Source: Candidatus Latescibacterota bacterium (GTDB lineage Bacteria > Latescibacterota > UBA2968 > UBA8231). From it: DNA of 64,000 nt. Each line of letters starts with the position of its first letter. Position 1 is the first letter of the stretch. Location: contig CBDAOB010000005.1 of assembly GCA_965197905.1 (NCBI GenBank), positions 2,368,001 through 2,432,000 on the forward strand, read 5' to 3'. Positions 49,874 through 59,007 of this stretch are shown piece by piece. Both the position numbers and the translations under genes were made by a program. The notes beneath the pieces were generated by a model. It saw only the letters and a program-made list of their open reading frames with translations. It searched no databases and was not told where the DNA came from.

Positions 49874-51220
49874 ATGCACAAAGTCACGATTGTTCTCTAT
49901 TGTGCTGCCGCAGGCGTACTCTGCGCAAGCCCATCCCAATCCCAATCATCAATCCACAGGTATAGCCTTTCGGAACTCATCGAAAGAGCGACGAGTCACA
50001 ATTCCGAGATCGGGGAAGCGAAGTGGCGGCTCCGCAAGGCCGAAGCCCGGCAAAGACAGGCGTCGGCAAGCCGGATTTTGCCTCGGCTGCGGCTGTCCAG
50101 CGAAACGGGACTCGTACCGGAAGCGGAAGGTGACATCTTTAATCCACCATCCGATACGACCGGGGTCAGACCCCTTGGCCCTTTCGTGCGAGCAGAGCTC
50201 GAATTCGCCCAACCGATCTATGCATTTGGCAAGTTTGGCAACCTCATACGAGCCGTAGAAGCAGGGGTGGCGGTGGAGGAGGCCGCATTTGATGAGACTT
50301 CGCTGGCTGTAGCGTTCGAAACCAAAGAGTTGTACTACAGCCTTTTGTTGGCGCTCGATTTGCAAGATCTGGTCGATGGTCTGATCGACCAGCTCGAGGA
50401 AAGACGGCTGGAGTTCGAGGACAATCCAGATGTCACCCTCGCCAATGAGTACAAGCTGCGCCTGGCCCTCGTCGAGCTCAAACATCAGGCCGCAGAAGCC
50501 GGAGCCAACGCGGATCTCGCCCGCGCCGCTCTGGCGTGGAAGGTGGGTGTGGCAAAGGCCGATTCGCTGCAACTGGCGGATGAGTGGCTTGAACCGGAGG
50601 TTCCTATTGTGCCGTCTTTGAATGACCTGGTGTCTCAAGCGTTGGCCACGCGTCCCGATTGGCGCAGATTACAGGCCGGCATGAACGCCAAGAGAGCCCT
50701 GCGCAACGCCGCACAAAATGCCTATTTCCCCGAGATCTTTGTGGGGGGCGGCATTCGTTATGCCGTCGCTCCGCATCGAACCGACCAGCACAGCCCATTC
50801 GTCGTGGACAATTTCAATTACTTCAATGGGGGGGTTTTCCTGGGGCTCCGGCAGTCTTTCGAATGGGCGATGTTGCGCGGCGAGTTGGACCAAGCGCGGG
50901 CGGAGTATCGCGAATTGGTGGAAAAGGAAAGAGGAGCCAGCCAAGGCGTCAGGGTCGACGTCAAACGCGCCTACTCCCGATACACGATAGCCGAGACCGG
51001 ATTCGAGGTCGCCCGGGAGCGACGCAAGCTCACCCGCGAGTGGTTGCGACTCGCAAAGGAGGAGCAGGAATTCGACCCCGGGCAGGTGAAGGAACTGGTA
51101 ACCGCTTACGAGGCGTGGGCTCAGCAGGAACGGGATTACCTGGAGGCGATTTACGCCTTCAACATAAACCTGGCAAAACTCGAGAAAACGGTGGGCGGCA
51201 CCAGCCTGGTCAAACGATGA
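49874..51220 (+). CDS. TolC-family outer membrane protein
   Basis: Signal peptide; ILPRL, QPIYAFGK, ALATRPDW, YFPEI, YAFNINLAKLEKTVG. Confidence 0.85.
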   Translation: MHKVTIVLYCAAAGVLCASPSQSQSSIHRYSLSELIERATSHNSEIGEAKWRLRKAEARQRQASASRILPRLRLSSETGLVPEAEGDIFNPPSDTTGVRPLGPFVRAELEFAQPIYAFGKFGNLIRAVEAGVAVEEAAFDETSLAVAFETKELYYSLLLALDLQDLVDGLIDQLEERRLEFEDNPDVTLANEYKLRLALVELKHQAAEAGANADLARAALAWKVGVAKADSLQLADEWLEPEVPIVPSLNDLVSQALATRPDWRRLQAGMNAKRALRNAAQNAYFPEIFVGGGIRYAVAPHRTDQHSPFVVDNFNYFNGGVFLGLRQSFEWAMLRGELDQARAEYRELVEKERGASQGVRVDVKRAYSRYTIAETGFEVARERRKLTREWLRLAKEEQEFDPGQVKELVTAYEAWAQQERDYLEAIYAFNINLAKLEKTVGGTSLVKR

Positions 51221-52560
51221 GTGTGGCGATTGCGATTCTGACCATCATCCTCGCGCTGATGGGGACGGCGGAGATCCGGGGACAGCAGCAGCTAGCGGTC
51301 GAGGGAGAGAGTTTTCTCCTCCGGGAAGTCCGCCTGCTAAATGGGCACCTCGAAGCTCCAAAGGAGAATCTGCGCCAGGATCTGGTCGCCATGGCTGACG
51401 GTCTGATCGACTATCAGCACCTTACCGATGCAAGCTTCGACGGGTACTGCGAGTCGAGCCTGAGCAGCTATCGCAACACCAAAGGCGAGAGCGAGCTGGA
51501 GATCCTGATCGGCAACTGCCAAAAAGAGCTGTCAGCGGCATATCGCAACCGCCTCCTCGCTGATTTCGCCCGATTCGTTCGTTACAATCTGGGAGGCGCG
51601 ATCCAGATACTGGCGTGCGACTTGCGTAGCGATTCGGGGATCGTGCAGGCCAAGCTCAGCTCCTCCCACGGCGAGTTCGATTTGGAGATCGCGCTCCGCC
51701 GCAGCGGTGATCTGTGGACCATCGGCGATCTGTCCATAGACAAAACCCTGCTCAGCAAACATTATCGAAAGCTCGGAAAATCCGTAGAGAAGAAGAACTA
51801 TTCGCTGCCGGTCATGCTGGCCAGACTGGAAGACCGGAACCACATCGTCCTGGAGGATTTTTCGTCCAGCTCGGTTGGCGAGCTGCCAACAGGATGGGGA
51901 TGGCGAGATCGGGATGACAACAAACCGAAGCCTTACAAGGTGGGCGCCTCCAAGGACCGTCATTTCCTCGCCGCAAAAGACTCCGGTGGATCGGTCATCC
52001 TGCTGAAATTTGCGCACTGGAATCCTCGTGAGTTCCCCATACTGACCTGGTGCTGGAGGGTCAATGCCTTGCCCCCGGGTGGAGATGAGCGCTACGACAA
52101 CACCAACGACAGCGCGGCGGGTCTATACGTCAACTTCTCCACAAACTGGATCGGTTTACCGAAGTACATCAAGTACGTCTGGAGCAGCACGCTGCCCGTC
52201 GGTACGGTAAACCGTCGCAACCGGATCGCGCGCCCGTGGTTCTTCGTCGTCGAGAGCGGGGAAGACAACCTCGGCCAATGGATCTTCGAAAAAACCGACC
52301 TCTCAAGGGACTACCAGCGGATCTATTCAGAGCACCCCCCGAAGCGCACGATCGGCCTTGGCATTCTTACAGACGCGAACTCTACGGCGTCGGTGGCCCA
52401 CGCAGATTACGCCGATTTCCGCGCCTGGACGCGCGAAGCCGATGTCGATGGCTCCATCTACGATCACTGCAAGTGTGATTCTGGAGGAAGGTCAACCTTG
52501 GAACACCGCGATTACCGCGACGACGTATCCCTAGTAACAAAGGAGGAGAGGGAATGGTAA
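51217..52560 (+). CDS. secreted MlaC-like + DUF3047-like fusion protein
   Basis: ATGA overlap with the TolC stop. N-half GLIDYQHL...WTIGDLSIDKTLLSKHYR is MlaC-like. C-half LEDFS..PTGW, FPILTWCWRV, DSAAGLYV, KYVWSSTLPVG, VVESG, ILTDANST is DUF3047-like. Confidence 0.7.
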   Translation: MSVAIAILTIILALMGTAEIRGQQQLAVEGESFLLREVRLLNGHLEAPKENLRQDLVAMADGLIDYQHLTDASFDGYCESSLSSYRNTKGESELEILIGNCQKELSAAYRNRLLADFARFVRYNLGGAIQILACDLRSDSGIVQAKLSSSHGEFDLEIALRRSGDLWTIGDLSIDKTLLSKHYRKLGKSVEKKNYSLPVMLARLEDRNHIVLEDFSSSSVGELPTGWGWRDRDDNKPKPYKVGASKDRHFLAAKDSGGSVILLKFAHWNPREFPILTWCWRVNALPPGGDERYDNTNDSAAGLYVNFSTNWIGLPKYIKYVWSSTLPVGTVNRRNRIARPWFFVVESGEDNLGQWIFEKTDLSRDYQRIYSEHPPKRTIGLGILTDANSTASVAHADYADFRAWTREADVDGSIYDHCKCDSGGRSTLEHRDYRDDVSLVTKEEREW

Positions 52561-53174
52561 CACCCCTCTGGATCGCCTCCGCGCTTTGTCTTTGTTACAT
52601 GTCTCCCATCGAGACTCGGGCCGAGGAACCGATCGTGAATTCGCCCATACACGTCCTCAAAGAACACGATCGGGCGGTGCAGGCTATCCTCGACAGCACC
52701 GGTGGAGACTCGTTGAATTTAGCGGTGCGCCAAAGAATCAAGAATCACATCAATGCCACCTTCGATTTTAAGGAGCTGAGCAAACTGTCACTGGGCCCAC
52801 ACTGGATGGAACGCAGTTCGGCGGAACAGCAGCACTTCGTGTCCGTTTTTAGCGGGATCATTCAAGAGCAGAACTTTGAAAGTTTCCTGCGCTACTATCG
52901 CGAGAGCGAGATCTCCTATCACGACGAACGGATTGACAGCACTTTCGCCACCGTAAACGCTCTCGTGCCGCTGAAAGCCGAGCAGGTCGAAATCACCTAC
53001 CATCTTCATCGCGTCGACGGAGAGTGGAGGGTATACGACCTGTTGATCGATGGTTCCAGCACCGCTGCTGGACACCGGCGAAGACACATTCGCTACATTG
53101 CCAAGTACTCCTATGAACGACTCGTCGAACAGCTGGAGAAACAGTTGGCAAGACAAACGGGCGGCAACAGCTGA
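52554..53174 (+). CDS. MlaC/Ttg2D-family lipid-binding periplasmic protein
   Basis: FDFKELSKLSLGPHW...QQHFVSVF...EITY.LH...WRVYDLLIDG. Confidence 0.85.
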   Translation: MVTPLWIASALCLCYMSPIETRAEEPIVNSPIHVLKEHDRAVQAILDSTGGDSLNLAVRQRIKNHINATFDFKELSKLSLGPHWMERSSAEQQHFVSVFSGIIQEQNFESFLRYYRESEISYHDERIDSTFATVNALVPLKAEQVEITYHLHRVDGEWRVYDLLIDGSSTAAGHRRRHIRYIAKYSYERLVEQLEKQLARQTGGNS

Positions 53175-53182
53175 ATCCATCG

Positions 53183-55567
53183 ATGCGATTTAGTTATCAA
53201 CGGCTGGTTCACTACATATACCACCACTATCTCAGCATAATTGGAGTCGCAACCTTGCTGACCTTGGTTGCAGTCTATTTTGCCGGACAGCTCCGCGTCA
53301 AAAGCAACATCGTAAACTTGCTGCCCGCCGACCACGTAAGCGTCAGCGAGCTGACCAAAATACAGGAACGCGTCGGAGGCATCGGACCGTTGATGATCGT
53401 TATCACCGGAGACGATATCGACAAGTCGTTGGACTTCATGCTTGCCCTTGCGGACTCGTTGGAACACAACGCCTACATCAGCTCCGTCAGCCGTGGCAAG
53501 GATACGCAATTTTGGAGCAAGAACCGGCTGCTATATATGGACATGGAGGACCTGGAGACCATTCACTCTAGGGTTGCATATTTCATAGAGGAAGAAAAGG
53601 TCCGCCGCTCACCCCTGTACTTTGCCTTCGAAGACGAAGAAGAGAACGTGCTGGATTTTTCCGACCTGGAAGAGAAGTACCAGGGAACGGGCACCTCAAA
53701 GCGGCAGGACAACTATTATCTCACGAAAGAGGGAAACGGGGTCATTCTTAGACTTTACCCCGGCGGAATCATCACCGACGTCTCGTTTAATCAGCTGCTT
53801 TTCGAAAGCCTCGACCGGACCATCGCAGCCATCGAGCCGAAAAGCTATCACCCCAGCATCGAATACCGCTACAAGGGAAGCTTCAAGAACAGTTCGTACG
53901 AATACAAGCTGGTTATTGACGATCTGAAGTCGACGGCGGTTTACGGATTGCTGGGGGTTCTGGTTCTCATATCGGTCTACTTTCGCCAGGTTTTTGCTTC
54001 CCTCTTCATCGTCTTTCCGTTGCTGATGGGCGTTGCGTGGACCTTCGGCCTCACCTACCTGGTCATCGAAAATCTGAATCTCGTTACGGTCGGATTGTTC
54101 GCCATACTATTCGGGTTGGGCATCGACTTCGGGATTCACATCTTCGCCCGCTACCGCGAGGCACGCCGCCGGGGCGTCGACATTGAAGCAGCGCTGAGCT
54201 TGACGGTTGTCCACACCGGAAGCACGCTTACCACAACGGCCATAACGACTTCGGGCGCTTTTTTCTCGCTAATGGTAACCGAGTTCAAAGGATTCTCCGA
54301 ATTCGGTTTCATCGTGGGTTGCGGGATACTCTTTTCTCTCGCGGCCATGTTGGTCGTATGTCCCGCCTTCATCATACTCGCCGAGCGTCTCCGAGTCATC
54401 AAATTGAGCCAGAGCAACGTTCCGGCACACCTGTTCAGGCGCGGCAAATATCCGTTCGCACAACTGACCGTATTGTTGGCCGCAATCGCCACCGGCTATT
54501 CGATATACCACGTGTCCAGCCTCGAGTTCGAGTACGATTTCAGCAAGCTGAAACCTGCCAAACCCGTGCAAGAGCCAGGAAGTCTGCCGGAATCGTTGAA
54601 GGAAACTCGGTCGCCGGCTATCGTGCTGACGGAGAGTTTTGAGGAAGCTTCGGAAGTGGTTGCAACCGTGAAGAAAATCAAGGCCATCAACGGAGATTCT
54701 TCGACGGTCAGCTCGGTGAGGAGCGTCTATTCCGCGCTGCCCAGACGCCAGCCGGAGAAACTCGATCTCATCGATCGGATAGAGACGCTAATCGACGAAT
54801 CCCAGAAGTATCTGGATCAAGTCCAGAAGGACAAGGTCGACTCGCTGAGCCCGTACCTGGAGGTAACACAGCTCGAGCTCAGCGACCTCCCGGAGGACAT
54901 TACCAAACAGTTCTCCAGCAAAAATGGCGAACTTCTTGATATCGTCATGATCAACTCCGCCGTGCCTCTGAAAGACGGCCGCCAGGCTATACGTTTTGCC
55001 GAGGAGGTGAAGAAGATCAACACCCCCTCCGGCAGGGTGTATCACGCATCGAGCGCCCACATAATCTTCGCCGAGATGCTGGAGATCATGCTCGATGACA
55101 GCGCTGTAGCGATCGTGCTCACGTTATTGGTCGTTTCGCTGGTATTGTTCATAGATCTGAGAAACCTTACGCAAACCCTTCTCGTTCTTACGCCGCTGCT
55201 CACAGCCTTGGTGCTGATTACCGGATTCATGTATCTGTTCGACATAAAGTTGAATCTGTACAACATGGTAGCCTTTCCGACAGTCATCGGCATGGGTATC
55301 GACAACGGGGTCCATATTTTTCACAGATACCGGGAAGAAGGAGCGGGTTCGTTGCGTCTCGTCCTTAGAACCACGGGTGTGGCCTTGCTGGCCACAACCA
55401 TGACGACGATGGTCGGATTCTCCGGTCTGATTCCCGCAAATCACCCTGCTCTGCCTTCGATCGGTATACTCTCGCTCATCGGCCTTGGATGCTGTTTCGT
55501 AACGGCCGTTACGCTGCTGCCTGCACTGTTGCAACTACGCGAGAACCGCAACCGTCCACGCGAATAA
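53183..55567 (+). CDS. MMPL/RND-family lipid transporter (HpnN-like)
   Basis: 1+5 / 1+5 TM layout; ILFGLGIDFGIH..RYRE, FKGFSEFG, IGMGIDNGVH..HRYRE. Confidence 0.9.
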   Translation: MRFSYQRLVHYIYHHYLSIIGVATLLTLVAVYFAGQLRVKSNIVNLLPADHVSVSELTKIQERVGGIGPLMIVITGDDIDKSLDFMLALADSLEHNAYISSVSRGKDTQFWSKNRLLYMDMEDLETIHSRVAYFIEEEKVRRSPLYFAFEDEEENVLDFSDLEEKYQGTGTSKRQDNYYLTKEGNGVILRLYPGGIITDVSFNQLLFESLDRTIAAIEPKSYHPSIEYRYKGSFKNSSYEYKLVIDDLKSTAVYGLLGVLVLISVYFRQVFASLFIVFPLLMGVAWTFGLTYLVIENLNLVTVGLFAILFGLGIDFGIHIFARYREARRRGVDIEAALSLTVVHTGSTLTTTAITTSGAFFSLMVTEFKGFSEFGFIVGCGILFSLAAMLVVCPAFIILAERLRVIKLSQSNVPAHLFRRGKYPFAQLTVLLAAIATGYSIYHVSSLEFEYDFSKLKPAKPVQEPGSLPESLKETRSPAIVLTESFEEASEVVATVKKIKAINGDSSTVSSVRSVYSALPRRQPEKLDLIDRIETLIDESQKYLDQVQKDKVDSLSPYLEVTQLELSDLPEDITKQFSSKNGELLDIVMINSAVPLKDGRQAIRFAEEVKKINTPSGRVYHASSAHIIFAEMLEIMLDDSAVAIVLTLLVVSLVLFIDLRNLTQTLLVLTPLLTALVLITGFMYLFDIKLNLYNMVAFPTVIGMGIDNGVHIFHRYREEGAGSLRLVLRTTGVALLATTMTTMVGFSGLIPANHPALPSIGILSLIGLGCCFVTAVTLLPALLQLRENRNRPRE

Positions 55568-55595
55568 ACCGAACTTTCCAGGCATCTCACCGGGC

Positions 55596-55626
55596 AAAAA
55601 AAAACCGGTTGAATGATTCAACCAGG
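55596..55626 (-). terminator. intrinsic terminator downstream of tRNA-Gly (between convergent units)
   Basis: Minus strand CC(T)GGTTGAAT-C-ATTCAACCGG followed by T9. Confidence 0.6.
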
Positions 55627-55664
55627 CTGCTCGCTTGCCACTACCTGAAGGCTAATTGTAATAG

Positions 55665-55740
55665 TGGAGCGGGAGACGGGACTCGAACCCGCGACAGCTT
55701 CGTTGGCAACGAAGGGCTCTACCAACTGAGCTACTCCCGC
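55665..55740 (-). tRNA. tRNA-Gly (GCC)
   Basis: GCGGGAGTAGCTCAGTTGGTAGAGC-CTTCG-TTGCCAA-CGAAG...GGTTCGAGTCCC-GTCTCCCGC-TCCA; 76 nt with encoded CCA. Confidence 0.97.
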
Positions 55741-55766
55741 CCCGCATTTCCGAAAACAAGGGTGGA

Positions 55767-55795
55767 AATATACCCATGGCTGCGAACTTCGTCAA
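55767..55795 (-). promoter_or_regulatory. promoter of tRNA-Gly
   Basis: TTGACG-N17-TATATT on the minus strand, 26 nt upstream of the tRNA. Confidence 0.6.
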
Positions 55796-58700
55796 GATAA
55801 TCACCTCCTATGCGGCGGCCCTGTCGATGTTGTTCATCGGTTGTTCCAACGATGGCCCCACGCAGGCTCAACGCGATGCCCGGTGGCACAACAATCAAGG
55901 TGTGGTTCAGATGGACCAACACCAATACGCCCGAGCCGTCGAGGAGTTCAAAGCGGCTGTTGTATTGGACGAGGGTTATGCGATCGGCCTGGCCAATCTG
56001 GGTATCGCTTACTTCAGCTTGGGGAAATATGACAGCGCCGCAGTTTCGGTCGAGCGGGCATTGCAGTCGGATTCCGCAAACCGGCACGCAAACTATACAC
56101 TGGGATTGATCTACAGTGCCCAAGGAACGCAATACGATTCCGCTCTATCAGCTTTTGAGCGCGTCGCCGTCGCAGACGACGAGGATCCTTTGGTCTATTA
56201 CTATCGCGGACAGGTCAAGGCTAAGATGGGACGATCCGAGAGCGCGATTGAGGACTTCAAGGCATCTATACACCTGGATTCGTTGAATGTGTCTGCCTTC
56301 TATGCGTTGGCGAATCAGTATCGCAGAATCGGCCAAAAAGAGAAATGGCTGGAGACCTTGAATCGGTTCAACCAGCTGAGCCAGAATGGGCACGGCGGAG
56401 TGAGTTCATCCTACCAGGGCCAGGGTAAATACGCGGAAGTGGTTGCGGATGCAAGCCTTGCCAGGCCCGATGAAGAGGATAGAGGCGGTCCCTTCCGATT
56501 TACAACAGAAAACGTTTCGGTTTCGGGTCGGTTTGCGAGCATCGGTGACCTGGATCAAGACGGCGACCCCGATCTCTTGGTCGGCGACGGAAGGATTCTG
56601 TTGTTGGAGAATCACGGTGGGGAGTTGTCCGGCGGGGCCGATCTGGGAGACTCCGCATGGACCGCCCAAGGTTCCGCAATCGGTGATCTGGATAACGATG
56701 GCCGGCAGGATCTCGTATTTTTCGGGGCTGGCTACCGGCTTCTGCGTCAAAACCCTGAGGGTTTCTGGAGTCATTACCAGGAGATACCCGGGGACGACGA
56801 CGAAGGGGTCCTGGCTGATCCGGATCACGACGGCGACCTGGATCTTCTCGCTCTGCGATCGCGCGGGTTGCGCTACTTCTACAACGATGGGACCGGCGCC
56901 TTCGTCGCCGAGTCGGACTCTAGCGGGCTATTCGCGAATGGCACCATCGACAAGGTGGAATGCTCCGACCTGGACAACGATCGCGACCTGGACTGCATCG
57001 CACTGTCGTCGGGTGTGCTACTCCACTTTTCGAACAATCGAGATGGCACGTTTTCCAGATTCCAAATCGAGCTCCAGCCGGAACACTCCTCGGTGCTGGA
57101 TTTCGTCATTGAAGACTTTACCCAGGACGGCTCCATGGACCTGGCGGTGCTTCTGCCGCTCGGCGAGATCGGCTTGTATGAGAGCGCGGCGGGGAACGCC
57201 TTCGAATCGATTGGCAGCGTGAGAAGCACAGATGATTCCAAGCGGACCGTTGTTGCGGCCGATCTTGACAACGATGGCGACCTGGATCTGGTTGCCGCCG
57301 GCGCGGAGGGAATGCATGCGGCCGCGTATTATCGGAATCAACTAGATCTACACAGTGATGCCATAATCGACCAACCGGCAACCCATGTTCTGGCAGCCGA
57401 CTTCAATCTCGACGGAGCTGTCGATCTCTGGGCAGATGGGGTGATGTTGCGAAACGAGTTGGTTACCCAGAATTGGCTCTCGGTTTCGCTGGAGGGCTTG
57501 AACAGCAATCGGGATGGCGTTGGCGCCAAGATTGAGGTCAAGTCGGCGAACCGGCTGCAAAAACGGGAGGTCAAGGGCAATGGCGATAGCTACGTCGTCG
57601 CGAATTTCGGCCTCGCCGGTGCCGACTCCGTTGAGTTCGTCCGGATTCTTTGGCCCAGCGGGGTGCGGCAAACGGAATCGGCTATGGCAGCCAACCGATC
57701 CTTGCGGTTGACGGAACTCAATCGCAAGGGAACCTCATGCCCCATCGTCTACGCGTGGGATGGTGAGCGCTTCAAGTTCGTTTCTGACATCATGGGAGGG
57801 GCGATCATCGGCTACCTTCTTGGACCCGGCGAATACAACCGGCCCGACACGGACGAGTATCTCCCCCTTGGCGAGATCGCCACGAAGGATGGCTGCTACA
57901 TCATTCAACTGGCCAATCAGCTGGAGGAGATCATCTATGCAGACGCTTTGCACCTCATAGCTGTGGATCATCGAACGGGCACGATGGTTTTCCCCAACGA
58001 GAGATTGCTGTCGGAACCACCCTATCCCCAATCCGACATCTTTGCGCTAGAGGGGTTGCGTTCTCCTGTGCGGGCTGAAGATCATCTCGGGACCGACGTC
58101 CTCGCGAAGATTCTCGCTGTCGACGGCGATTGGATCGAAAGTTTCGAAACCACCGGGATCCATGGCTACGTGAGCGATCACCACGTGACCCTGGACCTGG
58201 GAGATCTTAACGATGCAGCTCGCCCCGTACTCGTGGCGCACGGATGGGTGGACTACGCCCATTCTACCTCCAACTGGGCGGCAGCTCAGCGGGGATTGGC
58301 TCTCTATCCGCCCACTCTCGAGGTGATCGACGAAACCGGAAAATGGGTACAGGTAACATCTGACATGGGGGTTCCAGCCGGATTGCCCAAATACATGGTC
58401 TTCGATCTGACAGACCTTTTCCCAAGCGACGACTACAGGATTCGAGTGGCGACCAACGCTGCCGTATACTGGGATCAGTTTTTGATAGGTTCGGCTGTGG
58501 ATGACGTCGCTGCTATCCATCGGCTCGCGCCCACGCGCAGTGACTTGCATTGGCGCGGCTATCCAGAGCACACTTCGATCAACGGAACCTTTGCTTTTAC
58601 GTATGAGTACGGAAACCTGAAGCAAACAGCCCCATGGGGCAGCCATTCCGGGAGCTACACGCGCTTCGGCGACGTCACGCCGCTCATGCGGGAGGTGGAC

Positions 58701-58985
58701 GATCGTTTCGCGATCCTATTCCACGGTGACGAGTTGACCGTCGAGTTTCGAGATACCCTGCCTGAGCTTTCCGCAGGCAACAGCCGCACGTTCCTACTGT
58801 ACGCCGACGGATTTGGCAAGGATATGGACTATCACTCCGCCTATTCCCTGTCGGTCGAACCTCTCCCCTTTCACGGCATGTCCGGATATCCGTATGCGTC
58901 CAACGAGGAGTATCCTCGGAGTCGGGAAAACCAGGCATACAGGCAGGAGTACAACACGCGTCGTATCAGGGGATACTTCGAGTGA
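55776..58985 (+). CDS. TPR + FG-GAP/VCBS repeat + ASPIC/UnbV (CRTAC1-like) lipoprotein
   Basis: FIGC lipobox, TPR helices, repeated DLDNDGDLD, NRDGVGAKIEV..FGL..IL.WPSG, GTSCP.VYAWDG. Confidence 0.85.
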   Translation: MAANFVKIITSYAAALSMLFIGCSNDGPTQAQRDARWHNNQGVVQMDQHQYARAVEEFKAAVVLDEGYAIGLANLGIAYFSLGKYDSAAVSVERALQSDSANRHANYTLGLIYSAQGTQYDSALSAFERVAVADDEDPLVYYYRGQVKAKMGRSESAIEDFKASIHLDSLNVSAFYALANQYRRIGQKEKWLETLNRFNQLSQNGHGGVSSSYQGQGKYAEVVADASLARPDEEDRGGPFRFTTENVSVSGRFASIGDLDQDGDPDLLVGDGRILLLENHGGELSGGADLGDSAWTAQGSAIGDLDNDGRQDLVFFGAGYRLLRQNPEGFWSHYQEIPGDDDEGVLADPDHDGDLDLLALRSRGLRYFYNDGTGAFVAESDSSGLFANGTIDKVECSDLDNDRDLDCIALSSGVLLHFSNNRDGTFSRFQIELQPEHSSVLDFVIEDFTQDGSMDLAVLLPLGEIGLYESAAGNAFESIGSVRSTDDSKRTVVAADLDNDGDLDLVAAGAEGMHAAAYYRNQLDLHSDAIIDQPATHVLAADFNLDGAVDLWADGVMLRNELVTQNWLSVSLEGLNSNRDGVGAKIEVKSANRLQKREVKGNGDSYVVANFGLAGADSVEFVRILWPSGVRQTESAMAANRSLRLTELNRKGTSCPIVYAWDGERFKFVSDIMGGAIIGYLLGPGEYNRPDTDEYLPLGEIATKDGCYIIQLANQLEEIIYADALHLIAVDHRTGTMVFPNERLLSEPPYPQSDIFALEGLRSPVRAEDHLGTDVLAKILAVDGDWIESFETTGIHGYVSDHHVTLDLGDLNDAARPVLVAHGWVDYAHSTSNWAAAQRGLALYPPTLEVIDETGKWVQVTSDMGVPAGLPKYMVFDLTDLFPSDDYRIRVATNAAVYWDQFLIGSAVDDVAAIHRLAPTRSDLHWRGYPEHTSINGTFAFTYEYGNLKQTAPWGSHSGSYTRFGDVTPLMREVDDRFAILFHGDELTVEFRDTLPELSAGNSRTFLLYADGFGKDMDYHSAYSLSVEPLPFHGMSGYPYASNEEYPRSRENQAYRQEYNTRRIRGYFE

Positions 58986-59007
58986 AGGGATTGAGACGGT
59001 TTCGTAT

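Noticed and set aside
50659..51216. N-terminal extension of the 633-aa ORF
   Set aside because: It overlaps TolC in another frame. The signal peptide and ATGA coupling place the start at 51217.
48810..55567. Hopanoid (hpnL/hpnM/hpnN) biosynthesis cluster
   Set aside because: The transport families match, but no squalene-hopene cyclase or other hpn synthesis gene is in the window. Neighbours point to CDP-linked phospholipid chemistry.
55665..55740. Genomic island integrated at tRNA-Gly
   Set aside because: No integrase or duplicated tRNA 3' end was seen, and no obvious compositional shift by eye.
56540..57430. Repeated GAYCTSGAYAACGAYGG-like DNA motifs as a repeat array
   Set aside because: These encode FG-GAP/DxDxDG protein repeats within the TPR/ASPIC gene.
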